Shown one piece after another: positions 1 through 8,300 of a DNA stretch of 64,000 nt. The notes below the pieces were generated by a model, which saw only the letters and a program-made list of their open reading frames with translations, made no database searches and had not been told where the DNA came from. The first letter of the stretch is position 1. Each line of letters starts with the position of its first letter. The position numbers were made by a program, and so were the translations under genes. The stretch is from positions 124,001-188,000 of the forward strand of contig NZ_JABEMC010000003.1 of NCBI RefSeq assembly GCF_013004595.1, written 5' to 3'. The DNA comes from Brevibacterium luteolum (GTDB lineage Bacteria; Actinomycetota; Actinomycetes; Actinomycetales; Brevibacteriaceae).

Positions 1-2
1 TC

Positions 3-1040
3 GTCGGTCAGGAGCCCGCGAAGAAGGCCCTCGCCGTGGCGGTGTACAACCACTACAAGCGCATCCGCGCCTCCCGCAGCCTCGATGACGACGACATCGA
101 GATCTCCAAGTCCAACATCCTGCTCGTCGGTCCGACCGGTTCTGGCAAGACCTATCTCGCTCAGACGCTGGCGAAGAAGCTGAATGTGCCCTTCGCTGTC
201 GCCGATGCCACCGCCCTGACCGAGGCCGGCTACGTCGGTGAGGATGTTGAGAACATCCTGCTCAAGCTCATCCAGGCCGCTGACTTCGATGTCGAGCGCG
301 CCCAGACCGGCATCATCTACATCGACGAGATCGACAAGATCGCCCGCAAGGCCGAGAATCCCTCCATCACCCGCGATGTCTCCGGTGAGGGCGTGCAGCA
401 GGCGCTGCTGAAGATCCTCGAAGGCACCCAGGCGTCGGTGCCGCCGCAGGGTGGGCGCAAGCACCCGCATCAGGACTTCATCCAGATCGACACGACCAAT
501 GTGCTCTTCATCGTCGCCGGCGCGTTCGCCGGTCTGGAGGAGATCATCTCCTCTCGGAAGGGCAAGCACGGCATCGGCTTCGGCGCGATGCTGCAGTCGA
601 AGAACGACGCTGAGGACATCTACAGCCAGATGCTGCCCGAAGACCTGTTGAAGTTCGGGCTCATCCCCGAGTTCATCGGCCGTCTGCCGGTCATCGCCAC
701 CGTTTCCAACCTCGACCGCGATGCGCTCATGACGATCCTGACCGAACCCCGCAACGCACTGGTCAAGCAGTACCAGCGGATGTTCGAGTTCGACAACGTC
801 GAACTCGAGTTCGAGCACGAGGCCCTTGAGGCGATCGCCGACCTCGCGCTGCTGCGCGGCACCGGCGCTCGCGGCCTGCGCTCCATCATGGAAGAGGTCC
901 TGCAGCCGGTCATGTTCGATGTGCCCAGCCGCGACGACGTCGAACGCGTCGTCATCACCAAGGATGTCGTCGACTCGAATGTCGCTCCGACGATCGTACC
1001 GCGCAAGGCGCAGCCGGCCCGCCGGAAGAAGTCGGCCTGA
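3..1040 (+). CDS. clpX: ATP-dependent Clp protease ATP-binding subunit ClpX (5' part lies before the window)
   Basis: Frame is open from base 3 ([20 protein letters not shown]). Walker [19 protein letters not shown] pore loop, IYIDEIDK Walker [21 protein letters not shown]. Confidence 0.98.
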   Translation, partial: VGQEPAKKALAVAVYNHYKRIRASRSLDDDDIEISKSNILLVGPTGSGKTYLAQTLAKKLNVPFAVADATALTEAGYVGEDVENILLKLIQAADFDVERAQTGIIYIDEIDKIARKAENPSITRDVSGEGVQQALLKILEGTQASVPPQGGRKHPHQDFIQIDTTNVLFIVAGAFAGLEEIISSRKGKHGIGFGAMLQSKNDAEDIYSQMLPEDLLKFGLIPEFIGRLPVIATVSNLDRDALMTILTEPRNALVKQYQRMFEFDNVELEFEHEALEAIADLALLRGTGARGLRSIMEEVLQPVMFDVPSRDDVERVVITKDVVDSNVAPTIVPRKAQPARRKKSA

Positions 1041-1132
1041 CCCCTCACTCTCGGAAGAGTCTGCGTGAGGTCAGGTGTGCACTCAGTAGACCGTTCTGCA
1101 GTCGCTGGGCCTTGACGCCCATGACGCATAGT

Positions 1133-1163
1133 CAACCATTAAGCTACAGCAGCTGAATGGTTG
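1133..1163. promoter_or_regulatory. Inverted repeat CAACCATT-N15-AATGGTTG, candidate ArsR operator
   Basis: Perfect 8-bp arms at 1133-1140 and 1156-1163, just upstream of the SRPBCC-ArsR remnant. Confidence 0.5.
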
Positions 1164-1186
1164 CACTATTGCCTCAGGGAGCAGTC

Positions 1187-1517
1187 ATGGCACATCTCAT
1201 CATCAACCGCGGCATTGAGATCGCTGCGTCCGCTCCAGCCGCCCTCCCGCTGATCTCACAGCGCGGGTGGTTCATCAACGGCGGAGAGCCGCTCGACGGC
1301 CCGCTGAAGCCGTCGTCGCCGGGGAGCTTTCGGTGACGCTCATCGAGTTCTTCATCACTGAAGGACCCGAGGGTGTGACGCTGCGTGTGCGCGAACCCGG
1401 ATTTGACAACCTCGATGCCGGCGGCATGGCCCTGCGGGCCTGGAGCTCGTCCTGGCCAAAGCCGCCTTGGAGCAGACTGCTGGCCCGTACGCAGATGCGG
1501 GGGCAGAGGCGCGATGA
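1187..1517 (+). pseudogene. Fragmented SRPBCC/AHSA1(START)-family gene
   Basis: ATG 1187 after GGGAG gives MAHLIINRGIEIAA...GWFING with an early stop at 1336. A second frame has TLIEFFITEGPEGVTLRVREPGF. A third frame has ELVLAKAALEQ, ending in a TGA that overlaps the ArsR ATG. Confidence 0.6.
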
Positions 1518-1865
1518 GCCGCCTCGGCACCGACGAGACAGTGCAAGTCCTGCGCGCGTCAGGGGGGGAGAGAACACCAGGTGGGAGCTCATACTCCGGC
1601 TCGGGCAGGCACCGGCATCGGCCTCAGGGCTGCAGCACGAACTCAGCATCTCCCGCCGGGCATCATGAAGCACCTGGAGATTCTGCGCGAGGCGGGTCTC
1701 GTCTCGGCCGAGCGTGACGGGCGGGCCGTTGTCTATCAGGTGGCACCGGCACGCCTCGGCGACATCGCTGCTGCGCTCGAAGAGCTCAGCAGAACCGGTG
1801 CCTGGCTGCGATCAGACGAGCCGCAGAGACCGGCGAGAGCGCCGCAGACTGAGCGGCTGTGCTGA
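1514..1865 (+). pseudogene. Frameshifted ArsR/SmtB-family transcriptional regulator
   Basis: ArsR HTH is split across three frames: MSRLGTDETVQVLRA / GENTRWELILRLGQAPASASGLQHELSISR / IMKHLEILREAGLVSAERDGRAVVY. The first shift is at a G7 run (1562-1568). Confidence 0.75.
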
Positions 1866-1876
1866 CCTGTGCCGGC

Positions 1877-2545
1877 TCAGGACGTCTCCGCTGGCTGCAC
1901 GACGACGAAGCCCGGACCGTGGAAGCGCATCTGGATGCCCTCACCCGAACCCCGGCCGAAGAATGAGCCGAGGGTGACATCGGTGTGGATGTCCGGAGCG
2001 AGGTTCGCCGACCAGCACACCGCCGCCTGCGGGTCGACGAAGGTGGGCGTGCGCGAGCAGTCGAGGACCATCGGCTGGCCCTGCGCACAGATCGCCGCCG
2101 TGCCGTGACCGGAGAGTTCAAGGTTGAACAGCCCGGAACCCGAGGTGAGCGCGCCGATGCCGCGCAGCGGCTGGATGTCCCAGCGCAGCGAGGCGTCGAA
2201 GGCGAGCATGCTCGTCGTGTTCACAGTCAGCGCGTCCTGCGGACCTTCGAGCTGCATCATGAAGATGTTCGCGGCCATCCGGGCGAAGAAGATCTCGCCG
2301 TGGCCTTCGACACGCATGAGCTGGCCGCCCTCACCCGTGGCAGCCTTCTTCATGAACTGCCCAACCGAGGTCGAACCCTGGTGCTTGAAGTTGACGTTGC
2401 CCTGGTAGGCGACCATCGCACCCTTCGTGGCGATCATCGGCTCCTGCGGGGTCACCACCCCTCGCACCATCCGGCTGGACTGCATCGTCCATCGCTGATT
2501 GAGCTCCTGCTCCTGGTGCTGTTTGGCGAAGAGTTCGCTGCGCAT
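1877..2545 (-). CDS. AIM24 (DUF124) family protein
   Basis: Motifs GAMVAYQGNV, ATGEGGQLMRVEGHGEIF, SGLFNLELSGHG, FVDPQAAVCWS, GSGEGIQMRFHGPGFVVVQPAE. GGAGA RBS precedes ATG 2545. Confidence 0.88.
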   Translation of the reverse strand: MRSELFAKQHQEQELNQRWTMQSSRMVRGVVTPQEPMIATKGAMVAYQGNVNFKHQGSTSVGQFMKKAATGEGGQLMRVEGHGEIFFARMAANIFMMQLEGPQDALTVNTTSMLAFDASLRWDIQPLRGIGALTSGSGLFNLELSGHGTAAICAQGQPMVLDCSRTPTFVDPQAAVCWSANLAPDIHTDVTLGSFFGRGSGEGIQMRFHGPGFVVVQPAETS

Positions 2546-2596
2546 CGCTGTCTCCTGGTCGTGCGCGCCGGGCCGGTGCCCGACTGGGGGATATGT

Positions 2597-2633
2597 AGCT
2601 GGGGGCGTGCAGATCGACTGCACGCCCCCAGCT
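2597..2633 (-). terminator. 16-bp perfect hairpin downstream of valS
   Basis: AGCTGGGGGCGTGCAG-atcga-CTGCACGCCCCCAGCT. Confidence 0.6.
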
Positions 2634-2685
2634 TAAGCCCACATCAGGCTCAGCGAGCCGCTTCAGTGTGGCTGTTCGGCAACAC

Positions 2686-5325
2686 TCACTCGGCGGTCTC
2701 GAACTCGACGTCGGCGACCGTGATGTCGTCACCGCCGGCCGACAGTGTCCACGCCTGCACGCGGCCGGCGGCCATGATGTCACTCTCAGCACCCTGTGCG
2801 GCGGCGAGCACTGCCTCGGGAACGGTCACGGTCACCGAGGTGATCGGGGTCTTCTGTGAGACCTTTGCCTCGGTCTTCGCGCGGCGCAGCTCGCCGAGCA
2901 CATCGCCGACGTGCCCGAGAGCCTGAGTGTCGGCGTCGAATACCGGCAGGTCGTCCGCCTGTGGCCAGACAGCTCGGTGAACGGAACCGGACCGCCACCA
3001 CGACCACACCTCTTCGGTCACGAACGGCATGAACGGGGCGAAGAGACGCAGCAGCACATCGAGGGCGGTCGCCAGAGTCGCGTGCGCCGAGAACTGGCCG
3101 GCTTCGCCGACCGAACCGTAGGAGCGGTCCTTGGCCAGTTCGACGTAGTCGTCGGTGAAAGCCCAGAAGAACGACTCGGCGGTGCGCAGCGCATGAGCGT
3201 AGTCGTACTCGGCCATGAAAGCCGAGCACTCGGCTGCGGTCTCGCGCAGCGCCGCCAGCACAGCCTGGTCGAGGCTTTCGGTGATGAGGTCGGTGCGGCC
3301 GATGAGATCGGTGTGCACACCCTGGGCGAGTGCGAACTTCGAGGCGTTGAGGATCTTCATCGCCAGGCGCCGGCCGATCTGCATCTGCGTGACCTCATAG
3401 GCGGTGTCGGCACCGAGCCGGGCCGAACCGGCCCAGTAGCGCACGGCATCCGGTCCGAAGCCGGGCTTGGACTCCTCGAGGATGTCGCTGGGCACGACGA
3501 CATTGCCCTTGGACTTCGACATCTTCTTGCGGTCCGGATCGAGGATCCAGCCTGAGAGCGCAGCCCGGGTCCACGGCACATTGTCATTGAGCGAATTGGC
3601 GCGCACGACGGTCGAGAACAGCCAGGTGCGGATGATGTCATGGCCCTGCGGGCGCAGGTCGAACGGTGCCGTCTGGGACCACAGCTTCTCGTCCCGCGAC
3701 CAGCCGCCGGCGATCTGCGGGGTCAGCGACGAGGTCGCCCACGTGTCGAGCACATCCGGCTCACCGGTGAAGCCACCGGGCTGATCGCGCTGCCCGGCGG
3801 TGAACCCGTCGGGCACATCGGCCTGCGGATCGACCGGCAGCGAGGCGTCATCGGGCACGATCGGGTTGTCGTAATCGGGCTCGCCGGCCTCATCAAGGCG
3901 ATACCACAGCGGGATCGCGACACCGAAGTAGCGCTGGCGGGAGATGAGCCAATCGCCGTTGAGTCCCTCCACCCAGTTCTCGTAGCGCGAGCGCATGAAC
4001 GAGGGGTACCAGTCGAGTTCGCGGCCGCGGGCGATGAGCTTGTCGCGCAGGCTGTCGTCGGTGCCGCCGTTGCGGATGTACCACTGCCGGGACGTCACGA
4101 CCTCCAGCGGCTTGTCGCCCTTCTCGTAGAACGGCACTGGGTGCGTGATCGCCTCCGGCTCAGCGAGCAGATCGCCGGACTCAGCGAGCATCTCGGCGAT
4201 CGTCTTGCGTGCGGTGAACGTCGTCTTCCCGGCCAGCTGCTCATAGTTGGCCACCGCCTCGGGAGCGGGGGAGGAGGCGATCCATTCCGGGACCTCGCGC
4301 TGCAGACGGCCATCGCGGGTGATGACCGCGCGGGTGGGCAGCTGAAGCTCACGCCACCACGTGACGTCGGTGAGGTCACCGAAGGTACACACCATGGCGA
4401 TGCCGGTGCCCTTCTCCGGCTTGGCCAGCTGGTGGGCACGCACGTCGACGGCCACGCCGAACAGCGGGGAGACGACCTGGGTGCCGAAGTAGTCCTGGTA
4501 GCGCTCATCATCCGGGTGAGCGACGAGTGCCGCCACCGCCGGGATGAGCTCCGGACGCGAGGTGACGATCACGATCGGCTCAACCGACGTGTCAGCCGTG
4601 CCGTCAGCAGCAGCCGGGTAGAACGCGACCCTGTGGTATGCGCCTTCGCGCTCCCGGTCCTCCAGCTCAGCCTGCGCCACAGCGGTGCCGAAGGTGACGT
4701 CCCACATCGTCGGGGCTTCCTGCGAGTACACATGACCGCCGGCGAGGTCCTTGAGGAACGCCCGTTGAGACACAGCGCGGCAGTCGGCGTCGATGGTGCG
4801 GTAGGAGTGATTCCAGTCGACCGAGAGGCCCACCGAGCGGAACAGCGCTTCGAATACCTCACCATCGGAGCTGGCGAGCTTCTCGCACAGTTCGATGAAG
4901 TTCCGGCGCGAGACCGGTACGAAGTCCCGTGGGTTCCTCGCCGGCTTGGCGGGCGGCGTGAAGCCTGGGTCGTACGGCAGAGTCGGCTCGCAGCGCACCC
5001 CGTAGTAGTTCTGGGTGCGGCGCTCAGTCGGCAGGCCGTTGTCGTCCCAGCCGAGGGGGTAGAAGACGTTCTTGCCCATCATCCGCTGATAGCGGGCGAT
5101 GATGTCGGTCTGGGTGTAGGAGAAGACGTGCCCCACATGCAGCGATCCCGACGCCGTCGGCGGGGGAGTGTCGATCGAGTAGACCTCCTGGCGGGAGGTC
5201 TCAGGGTCGAAGGCGTAGGTCTGCTGCTCGGACCAGCGGGAGTCCCACTTGTCCTTCAGGCCTTCGAGAGCGGGTCTGTCCGGGAGGTGCACCGAGTCAT
5301 GTGTGCGTGAGGCAGGTTGAGTCAT
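2686..5325 (-). CDS. valS: Valine--tRNA ligase
   Basis: IDTPPPTASGSLHVGH (HIGH motif), GWDDNGLPTER, DWLISRQRYFG, DVLDTWATSS, KMSKSKGN. Confidence 0.97.
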   Translation of the reverse strand: MTQPASRTHDSVHLPDRPALEGLKDKWDSRWSEQQTYAFDPETSRQEVYSIDTPPPTASGSLHVGHVFSYTQTDIIARYQRMMGKNVFYPLGWDDNGLPTERRTQNYYGVRCEPTLPYDPGFTPPAKPARNPRDFVPVSRRNFIELCEKLASSDGEVFEALFRSVGLSVDWNHSYRTIDADCRAVSQRAFLKDLAGGHVYSQEAPTMWDVTFGTAVAQAELEDREREGAYHRVAFYPAAADGTADTSVEPIVIVTSRPELIPAVAALVAHPDDERYQDYFGTQVVSPLFGVAVDVRAHQLAKPEKGTGIAMVCTFGDLTDVTWWRELQLPTRAVITRDGRLQREVPEWIASSPAPEAVANYEQLAGKTTFTARKTIAEMLAESGDLLAEPEAITHPVPFYEKGDKPLEVVTSRQWYIRNGGTDDSLRDKLIARGRELDWYPSFMRSRYENWVEGLNGDWLISRQRYFGVAIPLWYRLDEAGEPDYDNPIVPDDASLPVDPQADVPDGFTAGQRDQPGGFTGEPDVLDTWATSSLTPQIAGGWSRDEKLWSQTAPFDLRPQGHDIIRTWLFSTVVRANSLNDNVPWTRAALSGWILDPDRKKMSKSKGNVVVPSDILEESKPGFGPDAVRYWAGSARLGADTAYEVTQMQIGRRLAMKILNASKFALAQGVHTDLIGRTDLITESLDQAVLAALRETAAECSAFMAEYDYAHALRTAESFFWAFTDDYVELAKDRSYGSVGEAGQFSAHATLATALDVLLRLFAPFMPFVTEEVWSWWRSGSVHRAVWPQADDLPVFDADTQALGHVGDVLGELRRAKTEAKVSQKTPITSVTVTVPEAVLAAAQGAESDIMAAGRVQAWTLSAGGDDITVADVEFETAE

Positions 5326-5400
5326 ACCGGTGATTATCCCCGCACCGCGCAGCCGAACTCAAACCACCGGCGACCAGCGGCTTCATGTCAGGATAGGAGT

Positions 5401-6477
5401 GTGAGCCCCCTGCCGCCGACCCCGCGCTACGCCGAGAACGCAACGTCGACTGCCTGGATGAACCCGGCCCGCTCTCTGGCGATCCTCTTCGTCGTGGCCA
5501 TCCACAGTGTCAGCGCCACCGTCGAGACCGATCTGAGCTCCCACGGCGACGCCACATGGTGGTCTGCCAACCTCATCGACGCGACCGCCCGCTGGTCAGT
5601 GCCGGTGTTCCTCATGATCTCCGGCGCGCTCGCCCTCGACCCCGATCGCGGCGTGCGGCCACGCGAATTCCTCATCAAACGCTTCTACCGCATCGGCATC
5701 CCGCTGGTGGTGTGGACATTCGTCTACATCCTCTTCCGTCTCTTCTACGAAGGTCGCATCCACACCACCTGGAGCCCGATCGCCGCGATCCTCACCGGCT
5801 CCCCGTATGTGCAGCTGTACTTCCTCTACGTGCTCGCCGGACTGATCCTGCTCACCCCGTTCATGCGGCTTCTGTCGCTGCACGGAACGAAGCGCCTGCA
5901 GTGGGGCACTGCCGGGATTCTGCTGGCGATCGGGATGGCCGATCACGTCATCTCGACGTTCTTCGACGTCGGCGAGCCCAACGCCGCCACTCGGTTCCTG
6001 CCGCTCATGGGCTACTATGTGCTGGGCTTCGTGCTGCGCGACTGGATCCTCACCCGCAAACAGACGATCCTGGCGTGGCTCGTCTTCTTCGCCTCATACA
6101 GTGCGATCCTGGCATGGTCTGCGATCGGGCCGGGGGACAGGCCATGGCGGTTCGCCTACGAATACGTCTCCCCGTTCGTGGTGCCGATGTCGCTGGCCGC
6201 CTATGTGCTGCTGCACACTCACATGCGCACCGGCTGGCGGTTCCTCACCAGGATCTACCCGTACTCATTCGGCGTCTTCCTCCTCCACCCGCTCATCCTG
6301 TTCCCCATGCGGCAGGTCATCGGCCACCCCAACACGGTCGGCTCTGTGCTGTTCCACGGACTCGTCCTGCCGATCATCTACACGCTTGTCTGCACGGCCA
6401 TCACCTGGCTGCTGCTCAAGATCCCGTTCGTACGCGGAGCCTTCGGCGCCGGCAAACCGTTCCGCACCCGCGGCTGA
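5401..6477 (+). CDS. Acyltransferase-3 family membrane O-acyltransferase (WecH/YiaH-like)
   Basis: About 10 TM segments. WMNPARSLAILFVVAIH, RWSVPVFLMISGAL, QLYFLY, YSFGVFLLHP. GTG start at 5401. Confidence 0.85.
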   Translation: MSPLPPTPRYAENATSTAWMNPARSLAILFVVAIHSVSATVETDLSSHGDATWWSANLIDATARWSVPVFLMISGALALDPDRGVRPREFLIKRFYRIGIPLVVWTFVYILFRLFYEGRIHTTWSPIAAILTGSPYVQLYFLYVLAGLILLTPFMRLLSLHGTKRLQWGTAGILLAIGMADHVISTFFDVGEPNAATRFLPLMGYYVLGFVLRDWILTRKQTILAWLVFFASYSAILAWSAIGPGDRPWRFAYEYVSPFVVPMSLAAYVLLHTHMRTGWRFLTRIYPYSFGVFLLHPLILFPMRQVIGHPNTVGSVLFHGLVLPIIYTLVCTAITWLLLKIPFVRGAFGAGKPFRTRG

Positions 6478-6655
6478 GACACCGGGGGAGACCAGCCATG
6501 CTCGTGCTCGTCTTCAGCCCGCCGACTGTCGGGACGACGGCAGGCCGGCGCGCGGTCGTTACCGGCAGCGGGAGGACGCTCGCCACCTTGTGCAGGGCCA
6601 GGCCTGCGGCAAGGATGGAGACGACACCACATCCGGCTCATAAGGAGATGCTACG

Positions 6656-7408
6656 ATGACGACCCTGCGCGCAGTAGTGACCGGAGCCAGCTCCGGGATC
6701 GGAGCAGCCACCGTCCGCCGCCTGACCGCCAGCGGCTGGCACGTCACCGCAGTCGCCCGCCGAACCGAGAAGCTCGCCGTGCTCGCCGACGAGACCGGGT
6801 GTACTGTCATCACCGCCGACCTCACCAGTGATGACGACGTCGCAGCGATGGCTGAGCAGGTCATCGCTGCAGGCCCTGTCCACGCTCTCATCGCCAACGC
6901 GGGCGCTGCCTACGGTCATGCAGAGATCGCCGACGCCGCGGTGACCGACTGGCAGAAGACCATGGACATCAACGCGTTCGGACTGCTGCGCAGCATCAAC
7001 GCCCTGCTGCCTGCTCTGACCGCCTCGGGGCGCGGAGACGTGCTCATCATGGGCTCGACCGCCGGACTCGTCACCTATGAGGCAGCCGGTGCCTACACCG
7101 CCTCAAAGCATGCGGTGCATGCCATCGCGCAGACCCTGCGACTCGAGCTGGCGGGCAGTCCGGTGCGCGTCATGGAGATCGCCCCGGGCATGGTCAGGAC
7201 TGAGGAATTCAATCGTAAGCGCTTCGGTTCACAGGAAGCCGCCGACAAGATCTACGAGGGCGTCGAGAATCCCCTGACGGCTGAGGACATTGCCGACGCG
7301 GTGGACTGGATGCTCAGCCGCCCGCATCACGTCAACGTCGACCTCATGGTCGTCCGGCCGCTTGCCCAGGCCGCCCAGCACAAGGTGGCCCGCCACCAGG
7401 GGCTGTGA
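6656..7408 (+). CDS. SDR family NADP-dependent oxidoreductase (YdfG-like)
   Basis: TGASSGIG, ANAG, YTASK catalytic motif, PLTAEDIA, RPHHVNVD. AAGGAG RBS. Confidence 0.92.
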   Translation: MTTLRAVVTGASSGIGAATVRRLTASGWHVTAVARRTEKLAVLADETGCTVITADLTSDDDVAAMAEQVIAAGPVHALIANAGAAYGHAEIADAAVTDWQKTMDINAFGLLRSINALLPALTASGRGDVLIMGSTAGLVTYEAAGAYTASKHAVHAIAQTLRLELAGSPVRVMEIAPGMVRTEEFNRKRFGSQEAADKIYEGVENPLTAEDIADAVDWMLSRPHHVNVDLMVVRPLAQAAQHKVARHQGL

Positions 7409-7419
7409 CCGCCTGCGTC

Positions 7420-7464
7420 TACGACGAAAGTCGTAACGACACCGCGACTGCCCCGGCGTAGCCT
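7420..7464 (+). promoter_or_regulatory. Palindrome TACGAC-GAAA-GTCGTA plus -10 TAGCCT upstream of membrane protein gene
   Basis: Palindrome at 7420-7435; TAGCCT at 7459-7464. Confidence 0.4.
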
Positions 7465-7523
7465 GGACGCACCCGCCCTGTGCCGCGTCCTCTGGCGCCG
7501 GGCAAGGTGTGGAGAGGAACCTG

Positions 7524-7985
7524 ATGTCGCACGCAGCCCTGGAGAGGCACCCCGGCACTACCCATGCCACCGGCGCGCGCTGGCGCGTGGCCGGTCGTGT
7601 CGCGTTCCTGCTGACGCTCTCGGGGCTGTTCCTCGCCGGCTGGTTCTCCTCGCTGCCGCCACTCAGCGTCCTCGACGCTAGTCTGCGCGTGCTCACCGTG
7701 GCACTCTTCGTGCTCGCGAGCGACCTCAGCCCCCGCATGCAGCCGGGACGCGCTCGCGCCTTCCTCTATGCTGCAGCGCTCATCTTCGCCGCAGGCGAGT
7801 TCGCCTGGCACATCTACCTCTCCGCCGCAACTGAACTCAGCATGTCCTTCGCCTGGGGGTACACGGGCGTGCTTCTCATTATGCTGCTGGCCTCGGCCGT
7901 CCGGCTCATCCGCGACCGCCGCGCACACAGCTCCGCAACTGCTGACCAGACAGCTGAGACCGCCGCCTCGCACCTCCCAGACTGA
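7524..7985 (+). CDS. Hypothetical four-TM membrane protein
   Basis: GGAGAGG RBS before ATG 7524; four hydrophobic segments. Confidence 0.7.
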   Translation: MSHAALERHPGTTHATGARWRVAGRVAFLLTLSGLFLAGWFSSLPPLSVLDASLRVLTVALFVLASDLSPRMQPGRARAFLYAAALIFAAGEFAWHIYLSAATELSMSFAWGYTGVLLIMLLASAVRLIRDRRAHSSATADQTAETAASHLPD

Positions 7986-8057
7986 GCTGAACAACTGGGC
8001 TGACCACCCCACCAGGACGGTTCGGATTCCGCATGCATCTGCGCTAAGATGTTTCCT

Positions 8058-8300
8058 GCGATGATCCGGCCATCACCGGGGAGCATCCGGAAGAACAGGC
8101 ACCACTCCAGACAACTGGAACCGGTGCCCCACTAGACCCGGACGGGTAGGCCCGTCACAGCCTGGAAATGAGCGATCGGAGAGCTCCCACGCCCACCCGG
8201 GTCACGCCTCGGCGGCGGGAAGAACTCCGATAAGCGAGGTGGTACCGCGGCGGAAGCGTCGTCCTCGTCACCGGACCGCCGACCGCACCCAAGGACGCTC
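8058..8300 (+). ncRNA. Actinobacterial ileS T-box riboswitch (ultrashort Stem I, translational type)
   Basis: GATCCGGCC-ATC-ACCGGGGAGC carries the Ile specifier ATC at 8072-8074. T-box AAGCGAGGTGGTACCGCG at 8232-8249. CGTCCT (8260-8265) is complementary to SD AGGACG (8292-8297). -10 TAAGAT at 8045-8050. Confidence 0.92.

Noticed and set aside
1562..1568. G7 tract as a phase-variation switch for the ArsR gene
   Set aside because: A second independent frameshift and the broken partner gene mean slippage alone could not restore function.
5326..5400. T-box leader for valS
   Set aside because: Only about 75 bp are shared with a divergent gene, there is no GGTGGNACC motif, and valS looks leaderless.
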